DNA from: the human T2T-CHM13v2.0 reference genome, Homo sapiens
Assembly (NCBI RefSeq): GCF_009914755.1
Contig: NC_060928.1
Direction: 5' to 3' (one strand)
Length of the DNA: 64,000 nt
The notes below the pieces were generated by a model. It had not been told where the DNA came from, did no database searches, and saw only the letters and a list, made by a program, of their open reading frames with translations. Of the stretch, positions 12,593 through 30,161 are shown one piece after another (position 1 is the first letter of the stretch; each line of letters begins with the position of its first letter). The translations under genes were made by a program, and so were the position numbers.

Positions 12593-15500
12593 CTGTACAA
12601 AGCAATAAATGCACTCTTGGCTTTATTCCTTTGCAATTTATATAGTCCCTCAGATGGTCAAGTTATCAAGATATTATTCTGATGTATTTGTCTCATGTTG
12701 TTCTCCAAAATTACTAATTCATACTCTCCTTCCTTAAACCTCTTGTTTACTGTTAAATAAAGTTTTGTTTTATGTGGGGTAGTGTTTTTACTTCATTCAT
12801 CCTGCCTACATTCAGCTCATTTTAAGATGTGTCTTTTATATGCATTTGTCTTCCATTTTCTTTACAAAGCTGGTTCACACAAAACAGTCAAAACTGCTTC
12901 ACTTCCAGTGTGCTCCATCACCTCAAAATCTGCTATTTTGTTTGTACACTTCGCACCTGAGTTAGGTGCTGATGATGTGCTTTAAAAGCCAATTTTGACT
13001 GCTCTAAATGCTATAAGTTGACATTCATTAAGTTGCTTGGATATACCAAATTTTCTGTATCTTCTTAGAAGTCTCTCCTCTTAAATTTCCGGCTTCATTT
13101 GCCATGATGGTTACATTTGTTCTACCTAACACCCTTTGTTTGTGTTACATTCTATGTTCCTGAACAGAAAAACCCTGACATGTCACTGTGTGTTTTACTA
13201 TTTATACTTCCTTCCTGAAATATCTCTTTCCCTCACCCATATGAAACCTTACTCAGTTTTCAAGATTTGGTTCTAATATTACGTCTTCCTGGAAGTCACT
13301 TCATTCTGCATTTATTCATCCCCACTTTTCTTATCAGAATCGGTTGAGTAGTAGAGCACTTATATGCATATCTTCAACTGACCACAAGCCCCTGAAGGGA
13401 AGGTACAATAACTGGTTTAGGTTTTATTTCCCAAAATGTCTTGAATGTAATAGATGATCAGTAAATGTCTATTGAAATAGTATGCTTCTTTTAAAAGTAT
13501 GACCTTTTAGTTTTTATCTGCTATGTCTTCATTGTCAGCACTGTTCTGGCATAACAATCCATGCTAGTTTTATTGTGCTAAACACAATTTTATTAATTCA
13601 ACAAATTTGAGCACCTTATATATTATATATAAGCACCTTTTATTGAATTTGGTCCTGAGAATGCAGCATATGCATAATCCCTTCCCTAGAGGAACTCACA
13701 AAATGAAAGAAAAAACTGGCAAGTAAATAATATTCTATATGATAAATGCTACGGTAGTGATATTTTTCAGAGAGGTATTTAAGCATCTAAAGAGTTTCAG
13801 AGGAAGATGGGGTTTGGCATGTCATTATGTTAGATTTGGGCGATTTGAAGAGTGCAATAATTATTATAAGCACCTGGAACAGTGCCTTCCTGTGGAAGCC
13901 ATTCTATAAACACTGTTGAATTAATTACATGGTGGCACTTAGAATGTAGGTTCAGAGGACAGTAAGAGGATATAGCTAAAGGTAAGGCACTTTAAGTGGA
14001 TCATGGTGTTGATATGGTTTTTCTGCTTTATTGTTGACCTAAGCTTTCAGTCACTTATATCCTCATTTGAGAAGTCTCTGGATCTTACATGAATATGAAA
14101 ATGAAAAAATAAGACTAAGTAGCTTCTCAGATAATTAGGATGAATTCATAACAACAGTTCCCAGAATCTTCCTTAAGAAAGACACAACTACTTTAGAAAA
14201 TGAACCTACAACATTAATGTAAGAAAGAAGGAAAAAACAAAATCTTTATAAAATTCTTTTTAAATATTACAACACTCCTTCAAATGATTGTCAAATTTCA
14301 GGTTGGTATCGGGTGCTCTAATTTTATTTGTAATGAAATAGAACCTTTTTATTTATCAGTCAGTAATTATTAATTGTACAAACATCTATTGAAAACATAC
14401 TATGTGATGACTTCTTTACTAGGATCTAGAGATAAAAAGACAAATAAATTGGCTTTTGCCTTCACTTAGCATATTCCAACTGATTGAAAAGAGAAATAAA
14501 TAAGACAATTCAGTATATCACAGTTAGAGTTAAGTCAGAGGTGTGCATGGATTTTTGAGAACAGAAAAGAGGATCTAAACTAGACTGGGAAACAAAAGGG
14601 AAGGCTTTTTGAAAGAAATGGTGTGCTTAAATGGGGTGATTTTAAAGGACAAAGACAGACTAGCATGGCATAATTACTAGGTAGAAGAATCCTCTAACCA
14701 AGTACATCCAGGTATCCAATATATCTGTTAGATTCTCTCTCTCTCTTTTTTTTTTTTCCAAAAATCTGTGCTCTTCATGGCCTTAGTGATAACCAGGAGG
14801 TACCACCTATGGAGAAGACTTATCTTTACTGCCTTTGAAAAAGCATAATTCTACCATGAAGTGTCATTGATGGGCTTAAATTATCAAAAGAGAGGTCTGC
14901 AGATGGGTTTCATGGAGAGCAGTGGCTTCAGTTGTCAAGAGTCCCAGGATATACCATCCTGTCTGTCACCAAGATGCTGAAAATATATCACTGTTACTTC
15001 CATTTGCTGAAAATGAAAGTAGCACTCTTTACCAAAGTTTAGGTGAACATACTGATTAATATTTTAGCCATAAGATTTATAAAGTAACATCCCCATATAA
15101 ATATTATAGGAGTGTTTATCCTGTGAAAAAGATGAGATCAAGGAACTGGATTTATTAAGCCACATAACGATTTTTTCTTTTGTTCAAATTCGCCATGTGA
15201 AACAAGATTTAACGTAATGCAGTGTAGGATCAGCATAGTGCCTTGAGATGGACTCCAAATATTTCTAATAAGAAATTTAAAAGAAGTGGCATATTATGGA
15301 ACTAGTATTTCTTTTCAAGATTATCAAATGTAATGATGTTTTTCACCTTTACTATATTTAAGATGTTTCTGTAAACTTTGAGTGATTAAAAGACTAGCAT
15401 TTTTCTCCTTATCTTCATACAAACCTGAGACACAATGACTTGTTATGCATTAGCTATGGCCAACAATAGCTTAGTAATATTTTAGTTTTCTGTTACTGTC

Positions 15501-18500
15501 AGATAATTTTTATAATTTTTTATATACCTAAAGCTTTTCACTCAAGCATTACACATTTCTCTGTCTTTATAAACAGAGTATTTTAATCCCAAATAATCAC
15601 TATGAAAAAGCATTATTTTAATGTGCTTTAAGACTATGATACCATGAGAGATTACTGAAATGTATATAACCGTTTTCTCCTACACTCAATGAACTTTGAG
15701 TTCTGTTATCTGATTTTCATAGTTGTTCTCTTTTTTTTTGCATTCAGACTGTTTGCCCTTACTTTTTATAATTCCTATTGCTACCTCCCCTTTCAACATT
15801 TCCATCTGTAATATGCTATTTCAAATGCAATTTATTTCAGCAAATATGCATTGAGGTTATACAATGTGTTAGTCACATTGTATATGTGTATATGCTAGGG
15901 ATTCAGAGATAAATGAAACATGGTCTTAGCCTTCAAAGAGTTGTCAGGTGAGAAAGAAGTAGAGATATAAACAAGTAATTACAATTTGTGTGTGCTAATT
16001 GCAATTATTAGGATTTTATTCTCCGGAAAATGTGGCTTGTGTTCCTGGATTTTGGCAAGGTAGGATGGGCCAGGACAGGACTTAAAAGGGCTCAGCATCA
16101 ATGGATAATGGAAGAATTTAAAGCAGAGAGTTTTGAAGTAAATCTTAAAGGTGCATGGGAGTGAATTTCCTGTGGAGAAAGATATGTGCTATAAAATTTA
16201 ACAAATATTTTGTAAAAAATGTGTCTAAAATAAGAACAAATTACTCACAGTTAGACTGAAGATACTATCCCAGTTATGAGCTTTGGATAGTTACTTCGTG
16301 GCATCAGTTTTGACCATTTGGGGTTTTATTTTGCTAACATTATGTTTTATAGTAGGTACAAAATAGTTTGGCATGCTTAGTAAGTGATATCTCATGAGTG
16401 AAATGTTGATGCATTTACTATGAGAATTTGTAATAAGAGACTGCATTTTATTATAGTACATCAGGTTTTATTGACACTACCTTTCCACTATCAGTATTTT
16501 CTAATGAGAAAATAATTCAAAAATAGTATTAGACATACAGGAAGCCTCTGAGTTAATGTGGGGTCATGTTTCTAAATATACTTTCTATATGAGACAATTT
16601 GTGTTTATGATGGAATTGCATGTCTGTACCTTATAATCATGCATAGAAAATATGTCCTTAGGCATTAAATAATCAACCTACAAGAAATTTCTGGTGGCAA
16701 ACATATGTGTTACCTTTTCATATTTAAAATACCATTCTTAGCATAATGCACAGTACAAAAATATATATTGGCCATTTTATTATTATTATCATTTAAAATG
16801 ATATGCTACCAGACTTATTTTGGAACCCTGCTGAAATTCCTACATGTACAGAAAAAAAATTTAGTGATATACTGAAGTTAACTAATGTCAGTAAAGCGAA
16901 AAACTAATGAAACTCACTGTAATATATTCAGTCTTTGAACTATCTGAATTTCAATTTAACCTCAAGATTAGACTTTGTATGTGTCTCCCCATTCCCTTGC
17001 ATAATATTCACGCAACACACTCCAAACACATATCTTTTATTTCATGTAGCAATTTTCAAAGAGATGGATGGGGGAACTGCACATCAGTTTCTCCAGACAG
17101 TATATAGGTACAGTTTGAAAAAGTCAGTCCTCAAAATTTTTCTTTCTACTCTACATTCCTCTCACTGGGCTCCAACCCACCCTGCACCTTCTCTCTCACA
17201 CATGAATACAAGAAAAATCATTACTACAAAATTTGAAGATGATCTGGACCTGGACGTTTTTCAGAGCACCACTTGCTAATCAGCTTTTGTGGCTGTTTTA
17301 AAATTCCAATGCTATACCCTTGAAATACCTAACTTCTAACAGTATAACTTCTTGATGAACTTCCCAGGATAAATTAGTGGCAAAATGTGACCCTAGGGAT
17401 TATGTATGTGTAGGAGCATATAAAGTCTACACATAGATACTAGTAAAGTATGGCAAAAAGCATAATTTTTCACTTTTACAGCAGTTATATCTTAAAGGAT
17501 TCTTTCTTTGCACTAGGTACAGTTTAGAACAATTGTTTATTGGAACGAATGATAATATGGTTTTTTACATCTTTTCATTCATATCTGTTCATGTCAAAGA
17601 TCATTTCTATGCACCCTGAAACTCAAGGTGCAGTAAGCTAAACTTAAGAAAACTGAAATCCTGTAATAAATTTATATCTCTTGGGATATAATTGCTTCCT
17701 ATCCAATAACAAAGACCCAAGAGAAAGAAGCAAAAGTTATATTTTTTTCTAATATACTGATAAAGAGAATAGCAACCATGACCAAATAGAAATCATCACC
17801 AAAGCCTATTCACATCTCATACAAGATCTTGACATTTTAACTTGGATTTATAAGCCTAGATTTAGATATACCTACATCAATGATTTATCAAAACAAAACT
17901 TTGAATGTCTCGAAGCTGAATTACTTGCCTATGGAATAAATGGGCTACACTGATACTTTCACACAGTGTTTAGAGGGGTCCTACGGTGCATCAGTGTCTG
18001 CCCCTAGAGGTAAGGGGAAGGCTGACTACTTTGAGTTCTAGGCAAGTAGCCTAGGCATTTCATCCCCTTGTTTCTTCCAAAACAAATCTAGTTGTCTTTG
18101 TTAGTGACATGGTTGTTTTCCACATAGATTTATTTTAAAAAAGAACCCACTACTAATCTCATTTGAAAATCACTGAGTCCATCCAGTGGGACCATGCCAC
18201 AAGAGCAAACACTGTAAACAAATTAGCAAGAATCTGATTCTTTCGGGAAGACCAGACTTTGATGAAGGCAGCCCAGTGTGCGTTTGCTTTATGATCAAAC
18301 ATTCTATATGTGTACATAGGACTATATCAGTATCAGGTTCTGAGATGGGTCAATAAGACAGGAATAGTTAGTTTGGGTTTGTTTCTACTTTTGCCATAGA
18401 AACGTGGGGAGGGGGAATCAAAGTAGCTAAGCAATACACCCCAAATTTGAAACTGTCCTATTTTAATAGAGAAGATCCTAAGACTGCTGGAAAAGGGTCT

Positions 18501-18814
18501 GACAGAACCAGTTTCAGAGTGCCTCGTCATGTTTCGCTGTGGCAGAAAGCACTCTGAGCAGAGTGACGTTCTAAAATACTATGCACTAAAGAGAAGGGTT
18601 TGATGCAAACTTTTGACCTAGGCCCTTGGTGTAAATGGAGGGATTTCCCTTAATCATTTCAGCCTGAGAAAGTTAAGTAAGTGTTACCCAAAAGGGTTTT
18701 TTCCCCATTTTGAGCATTCAAAAGTCTTGGGACATGAGCACTGCATTGACTGTCTGGTATAGAAGCCTGTTGCAAACTTGATCAGCCCCTGCCCAGGTAC
18801 AATGGAAGGGATCC

Positions 18815-18995
18815 CACACTGGGAGTACCTGGGTGTGAGCTCTGCCACTGCTTTATACTAATTGTGAGGCCTTAGTACATCATTTAGCCCCTCTACAACT
18901 CAGTTTCCCCGTCTATGAAATTATGGTGATAATTTCTATCTACCTCACAGGGATGTTTGTCAAAAGTCAATGAGATTAGAAACATGAAAGTTAAA
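18815..18995 (+). mobile_element. MIR SINE
   Basis: CTCTGCCACT...CTCAGTTTCCCCGTCTATGAAATTATGGTGATAAT...TACCTCACAGGG. Confidence 0.7.
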
Positions 18996-19043
18996 TGTAA
19001 GTAGAACAACACTATATATATTATCACTTATTAAAATGAACCA

Positions 19044-19360
19044 GGTTGGGCGCAGTGGCTCACACATGTAATCCCAAAACTTTGGGAGACTGAGGTGGGT
19101 GGATCATTTGAGGTCAGGAGTTCAAGACTGGCCTGACCAACATGCTGAAACCCTGTCTCTACCAAAAATACAAAAAAAAAAATTTTGCCAGGCATGGTGG
19201 CATATGACTGTAGTCCCAGATACTTGGAGGCTGAGGCAGGAGAATTGCCTGAACCCAGGAGGCAGAGGTTGCAGTGAGCCAACATCCCGCCACTGCACTC
19301 CAGCCTGGGTGACAGAGCAAGACTCTGTCTCAAAAAATAATAATGATAAAATAAAAAAAT
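19044..19360 (+). mobile_element. AluS (Sx/Sz-like) SINE
   Basis: Full dimer, CpG-decayed; TSD approximately AAAATGAACCA (19033-19043) / ATAATAAACCA (19361-19371). Confidence 0.95.
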
Positions 19361-19439
19361 ATAATAAACCAGAGCATTCTTAAACACAAGCAATGAAGGT
19401 ATCTGTTCTACATCCTGCTATTTCAAGTCCCCTTTCTGA

Positions 19440-19915
19440 CCTTCTTTTTGCTGCTCCCCTCACTACCAGTTGAGGAGTTTATAGAGTCAAGGGGATAGAT
19501 CCAGCAGGAGCCTGTGCCCCTCTTCTAGATCATTCCCCAGGTGTCCAGACCCCATAATTCCCTGCTCAAACTCCCCTGACCCCATTTTCTGGGCCAATGG
19601 ATCACTTGTCCCCATTACATTCTCCAAGGGGGAACCCCCCCACCACAGATGTAACTCCATACATCCAAGGGTGGCCAAGGGAATAGCTGTTTGTGGGGGT
19701 GTCGATGGAGTGTGGACATGTACAGCATGTCACGTGCATGTGGGCAAGAACCCCCATGGGCAGAAAAGAGCTAAAAGTGGAAAGAAAAGGATATCATGCA
19801 GCTACAATTCAAAAATGTATTTTACTTTAAAATTTGATAGTTTGACTTAAATATTTAGAAACGTGGCATGCCAGCTTCCATTTGTACTTTCACCCTGTGC
19901 TACACAAATATTAAC
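19440..19915 (+). mobile_element. hAT-Tip100 (MER115/Zaphod-like) relic
   Basis: GC-richer island ending CTTCCATTTGTACTTTCACCCTGTGCTACACAAATATTA, similar to the remembered MER115 end. Confidence 0.45.
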
Positions 19916-22336
19916 TGTTTCACATTTGCCATCATTGATCATTCTGTGCAATTATAATTTATTCCCACAATTTTTTTCTAATTTTAGGACTAATTGTTGT
20001 TGAATATTTTACCCTAGAGAGGAAAATAAACTTTTGTCTGAGCAAAATCCCAACCATTTCTTCATGATTATGCCACCTGCTTTGTTTTTGCTTATACCAC
20101 AGCCATCTAACCAATTTGTAGATATCCTATCTTTTATACCAGGACAGTGTTGCCTGATGGGCACAATCCTCTTCTCACATCAGTTTGGAAAATAAAAACA
20201 TTATAATCTCTTTTTTTCCTTTGGTATCCAAAGATAAGCCCTTTAAAAAAGTTGAATGTAAAAGGATGATAAGGAGATTACATAGTTTAAGCTTTATACT
20301 CAAAATCATTTTATATTGAATCTCTGTAATGATTTTGTGTAATATCTTTAAATAGCATAGAATACTATTTATCAGCGGTAGAACCAATTTAAATTACTTT
20401 CAGCCCTGATGAGAAATGGGAAGAGACTGAAGTACACTACACATTGGCATTTGTACAGTTGGCAGCTGGGCAAATAGCAGCAACATCCACCTACTTATAT
20501 TAATTATCTAGGTTATTACAGTAGAGATTAAACAGAGCAGGTAAGTCAGGTAATTAGCTTCTTTATAAAAATTGAGACTACCCCTTTTATTCTTCACTGC
20601 TTCCCTAAATCAGGAAGCACTTTATGTATTACAAGCATCTAAAGAAAGTGGAAAAATCTACTGTAAACATTTTATGTTTTAAAAAAATTATTTTAATTTT
20701 TCATCTTTGATTTAAAAGATTGTATCAAAACTTTAAATATCTTCCCATCTCAGTGCAAAATAATGCAAAAAAGACAATTATTGCCATGGCCTACATTTGT
20801 ACAGGGCCTTTTTCTTCCAGTATTTTCCTTTTATATCTATTTTCTCATGTTTGCATCATGACAATCTTACATGTTAAAAAATGTAACACAAACATCTTAC
20901 AATCACTTTTTTTCACAAGACATTATTTTTCTTTTATTCATCATTTATTGACAATTGAAACATTCCAAATGATTCTAATGAATGTAGACAGATCTTTCCT
21001 TGTCCTAATCCCTAAGCTGTCCTTTAAACAAGAGCCAGACATACATGAAACAAGCCATTGACTTTCGATTGAAAATAACCTTAGACATTCTAATCTTTTA
21101 TTAAGCACTGTCCCCAGGGGTTGTAAACTCAAATGCCTTCAAGGAGTGACAGTTAACAAAACTTATGATGCGCACCATAAATCAAACTTGATGTGTGATC
21201 ATACTTCACATTTGCTTGGTTAGTTACATTGATTTTCAAACTCTCTGGGTAGTATGTTCCTCTCAGAGCACCAACTAGTGACCCCGCCCTCTCTAGTTCC
21301 CTCTTTTCTTCTTCACCTCCTTCTTCAACCCTGCTTTTTTTTTCAGACTCATGACTTTTGGCTTTATCTTCTTTTCTTGACCCCCACATTGCTCCTTTGA
21401 CTCATGGCATATATGGCGTCTTCTGTTTTGAAGCTTTGGCTCTATCTTTCAGACAGTTTGCAAGTGCCCTCTGGCTACATCCTGTCATTGCTGCTAGGTG
21501 TTATACTCTGAAGTATAAAGTCAAAACAAATTATATCTACCTTAACTCTGGGCACTTCTGGTGGGTCTGCCCTGTGCCTCAGGTTCCTGTCCACTAATAC
21601 TCGTGAGCGTGAGATAAGATCATCATTCTAGTTAAAAATCCATCACTACTATAAGTATTCAAGTTCATTTTTGGTTAATTATATTGAAGTGCCAGTCCAT
21701 GTTTGAGTGCTGTATTTTTATGTATAGCTGTCAGGTACAATGCTGTGCAGTCTCTGGAATTAATCTATTATTTTCTTTAAAATAAATAAAAATAATGGGC
21801 ACTAAATTTGTGTTTCAGACTTCAAACCCTCCTTCTGTAATCAATGATTAGTGTGAATGTATAAGCACTCATTAACATTTCATTCCCTGTTTTGATTTAA
21901 ATTTTAACTCTCCCATTATGAATAATAAACAGAGTGTCTGATCACATTTGACCTTTTGAGGCATAACGGTGCTTTTTTTTTTTATTTCTTTAAATATCAT
22001 AAGGCCCAATAGGTCACTTCCCTGTTAACTTTTCTTACATAAGAAATTTAATTATTTTAAGAGAAAAATCCAAATAATATCTCAGTAATCTTTTAAGAAA
22101 TAAATATATTTTCTTTATTGCCAACAGAACATCTAAAAAGTGGACATTAAAAAAATGAGTTTGAAATTTGTTTGATTTTTCAACTGTACATTAAGTATAT
22201 CTGCTATATAATGAAAGCTTTTTTCCTCCCCAAAGATTCTCAAAAAATGTGTTCCAGAAATACAGATAAATAAGTAAATGGATGGAAGAGGGGGGTATAT
22301 TTCTATCAATTTATCATTATGTTTATTATTTCACAT

Positions 22337-22379
22337 AAGACTTATCAAAGATATTCTTTGGTTATCTTTGATAAGTCTT
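22337..22379. repeat. Perfect 17-bp inverted repeat with a 9-nt loop
   Basis: AAGACTTATCAAAGATA-ttctttggt-TATCTTTGATAAGTCTT. Confidence 0.95.
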
Positions 22380-22807
22380 GATTATAAGCCAATTATGACC
22401 AACCAAAAATGGTCCTATATATGTAAAGTATAACTAACAAAGTCAAATAAATTTATAATTAATTCATCAGCTCCTTAAAACATCTCACAAATAACGTGAA
22501 CCTGTCATATATTGCGTGTGTGTGTCTGTGTGTGCATTTCTCCCTTACATCTCAAAGGTAATAAATTGGTTACAAAAAGAAATGAAGAGAAATGAAGTCT
22601 GGAGTAACTTGCCAAAGACCTTGACTTAAATAACTAAAATTATATCCACATTATCTAACAGTTTTTTTTAATAGATAGACTATCACATAAAATCATTTAT
22701 AACATAATAGTAACTTGTGAGTAGTAGTTAAAAGTACATGATACTTTGATAGTGCATTTTCTATAAGTGTTTAATAAGAAAAGGTATCTGGTTCTTGTAA
22801 TTATATT

Positions 22808-23040
22808 GATAGCTAAGATTTATTAAACACCTACTGCATATTAAACACTCTTCTAAGTGCTTATCATGTAGGATTTTGTATAATTTTCACAGCCATAGTC
22901 TGAAATAAGTACTATTGTGGAAAGGAAACTAAGAGAAGTTGAGTAACTTACCTGAGGTCACACACCAAATGAGTCAAGGTACTGCAGGCAAGATTGGCAG
23001 TGGATCCCGAGCTCACACATCTAACCACTTTGCTCTACTA
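22808..23040 (-). mobile_element. MIR SINE
   Basis: ATAGCTAAGATTTATTAAACACCTACT...GGAAACTAAG...GTTGAGTAACTTACCTGAGGTCACAC. Confidence 0.75.
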
Positions 23041-23994
23041 TCTCTTAAGAGCAGTGAAAGATTTAGGAGAGAAAGGGGAAAATGGCCTGTTTCTCTAACT
23101 TTATATTATGCATTATTTACTTACTAAGCTTCTGTTTTATTTTTGATCATAGAATATATATGTTATTTTTTCAAGGTTAAATTGCAAAGTAAAAGCATTA
23201 TAGTGTAAGGAATAATAATGGCTTATACTTTCCACTCCAAAGAATTTCCTAAGCAGAGGTTGGAAACAATTTTCACGCGTCACTGAAAGATAGCTTCCTT
23301 CAACTGGATAATGTTAATGTTTATTGGCACTTAATAGCCTTAGACAGGACAGTATTTTGAAATTCAAGAGTAATTTGAGGTAACCAGAATATGAATACAC
23401 CCGGGAAGAGTTGTCATATTTCAAAATAAAGCATTCAGTATGTTGCACAAAACAGTTCATCTGTATTGATTGCCACTAATGCTAGAACAGTTAGATAGAC
23501 CAATGGAACTTTCACACTTGTGGCATGAAAATAGTTCTTGAAGACCTGTAACTTTGAACAAACTAATCCTCTATGTTCATTATCCATTTAATGTGGAGAA
23601 ATGTTTTGGGTAAATTATTGTTGAAAGATTTAAAATTCTTAAATGTATGCTAAATGGAAATGTGAAAAAATTTATTAGCTTCAAGAACCAAATTAGGCCT
23701 CAAAGCAATGATCTTTCTAAAAATTCTAGATCATCCTGCATAAGAAGAAAATAGAGTAGCATAGCTTAGATAATTTAATGTGCATAAAGAAGAAAGTCCT
23801 GTGTCTTTATTGATGACACTGAAATTTGAATGACAAAGACATGGCAATCTGGCTTTACCCATTTTCCGTGGCTTCTGCTCACACATAAATGGCTGTAACC
23901 TCCACCCCCTTGTTATGGTTACAAATTATGGGATTGTGTAACATAATACAATGATAACTTAAGTTTAGCTTTTTACTTTGAAAATAAAAACACC

Positions 23995-24128
23995 TTCCTG
24001 TGTCCATGTGTTCTCATTGTTCAATTCCCACCTATGAATGAGAACATTGTGCACATATACCCTAAAACTTAAAATATAATAATAATGAAATTAAAAAAAA
24101 AAGATATTACAAAAAAAAAAAAAAGAAA
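23995..24128 (+). mobile_element. Miniature 5'-inverted (twin-primed) L1PA3-like insertion
   Basis: Antisense L1 3'UTR piece 23995-24047 joined through ACAT overlap to the sense 3' end (24044 onward) and A tail; flanked by GAAAATAAAAACACC at 23980-23994 and 24129-24143. Confidence 0.9.
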
Positions 24129-24143
24129 GAAAATAAAAACACC

Positions 24144-25180
24144 TGAGAGTTTCCGCAAGATGGCTGAATAGGAACAGCCCCGGTCTACAGCTCCTAGTGT
24201 GAGCGATGCAGAAGACGGGTGATTTCTGCATTTCCATCTGAGGTACCGGGTTCATCTCACTAGGGAGTGCCAGACAGTGGGAGCAGGACAGTGGGTGCAG
24301 CGCTCCATGCACGAGCCGAAGCAGGACGAGGCATTGCCTCACTCGGGAAGCGCAAGGGGTCAGGGAATTCCCTTTCCTGGTCAAGGAAAGGGGTGACAGA
24401 TGGCAGCTGGAAAATCGGGTCACTCCCACCCAAATACTGCGCTTTCCCTACGGGCTTAGGAAATGGCCCACCAGGAGATTATATCCCGCACCTGGCTCGG
24501 AGGGTCCTATGCCCACGGAGGCTCGCTGATTGCTAACACAGCAGTCTGAGATCAAACTGCAAGGTGGCAGTGAGGCTGGGGGAGGGGCGCCCGCCATTGC
24601 CCAGGCTCCCTTAGGTAAACAAAGCAGCTGGGAAGCTCGAACTGGGTGGAGCCCACCACAGCTCAAGGAGGCCTGCCTGCCTCTGTAGGCTCCACCTCTG
24701 GGGGCAGGGCACACACAAACAAAAAGACAGCAGTAACCTCTGCAGACTTAAATGTCCCTATCTGACAGCTTTGAAGAGAGCAGTGGTTCTCCCAGCACGC
24801 AGCTGGAGATCTGAGAACGGGCAGACTGCCTCCTCAAGTGGGTCCCTGACCCCTGACCCCCGAGCAGCCTAACTGGGAGGCACCCCCCAGTAGGGGCAGA
24901 CTGACACCTCGCACGGCCGGGCACTCCTCTGAGACAAAACTTCCAGAGGAACCATCAGACAGCAGCATTCGCAGTTCATGAAAATCCGCGGTTCTGCAGA
25001 CACCGCTGCTGATACCCAGGCAAACAGGGTCTGGAGTGGACCTCTAGCAAACTCCAACAGACCTGCAACAGAGGGTCCTGTCTGTTAGAAGGAAAACTAA
25101 CAAACAGAAAGGACATCCACACCAAAAACCCATCTGTACATCACCAGCATCAAAGACCAAAAGTAGATAAAACCACAAAG
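24144..25180 (+). promoter_or_regulatory. L1 5'UTR with internal sense and antisense promoter regions
   Basis: YY1 motif CAAGATGGC near 24156; relatively CpG-rich; activity inferred from family knowledge only. Confidence 0.6.
24448..24597 (-). pseudogene. L1 antisense ORF0, truncated to 49 aa; first splice donor intact
   Basis: MAGAPPPASLPPCSLISDCCVSNQRASVGIGPSEPGAGYNLLVGHFLSP* matches the L1 ORF0 N-terminus; donor CCAG|GTGCGG at 24492/24491. Confidence 0.8.
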
Positions 25181-26193
25181 ATGGGGAAAAAACAAAGCAG
25201 AAAAACTAGAAACTGTAAAAAGCAGAGCGCCTCTCCTCCTCCAAAGGAATGCAGTTCCTCACCAGCAACGGAACAAAGCTGGATGGAGAATGACTTTGAC
25301 GAGTTGAGAGAAGGCTTCAGACGATCAAACTACTCCGAGCTACAGGAGGAAATTCAAACCAAAGGCAAAGAAGTTGAAAACTTGGAAAAAATTTAGACGA
25401 ATGGATAACTAGACTAACCAATACAGAGAAGTGCTTAAAGGAGCTGATGGAGCCGAAAGCCAAGGCTCGAGAACTGCATGAAGAATGTAGAAGCCTCAGG
25501 AGCCGACGCGATCAACTGGAAGAAAGGGTATCAGTGATGGAAGATGAAATGAATGAAATGAAGCAAGAAGGGAAGTTTAGAGAAAAAAGAATAAAAAGAA
25601 ATGAACAAAGCCTCCAAGAAATATGGGAGTATGTGAAAAGACCAAATCTGCATCTGATTGGTGTACCTGAAAGTGACTGGGAGAATGGAACCAAGTTGGA
25701 AAACACTCTGCAGGATATTATCCAGGACAACTTCCCCAATCTAGCAAGGCAGGCCAACATTCAGATTCAGGAAATACAGAGAATGCCACAAAGCTACTCC
25801 TCGAGAAGAGCAACTCCAAGACACATAATTGTCAGATTCACCAAAGTTGAACTGAAGGAAAAAATGTTAAGGGCAGCCAGAGAGAAAGGTCCGGTTACCC
25901 ACAAAGGGAAGCCCATCAGACTAACAGCAGATCTCTCAGCAGAAACTCTACAAGCCAAAAGAGAGTGGGGGCCAATATTCAACATTCTTAAAGAAAAGAA
26001 TTTTCAAACCAGAATTTCATATCCAGCCAAACTAAGCTTCATAAGTGAAGGATAAATAAAATACTTTACAGACAAGCAAGTGCTGAGAGATTTTGTCACC
26101 AACAGGCCTGCCCTAAAAGAGCTCCTGAAGGAAGCACTAAACATGGAAAGGAACAATCAGTACCAGCCGCTGCAAAATCATGCCAAAATGTAA
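25181..26193 (+). pseudogene. L1 ORF1p, disrupted
   Basis: MGKKQSRKT... start; frameshift near 25390 and nonsense TAA at 26053-26055; normal stop at 26191-26193. Confidence 0.93.
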
Positions 26194-26256
26194 AGACCAT
26201 CGAGACTAGGAAGAAACTGCATCAACTAACAAGCAAAATAACCAGCTAACATCATA

Positions 26257-30161
<3,905 letters not shown>

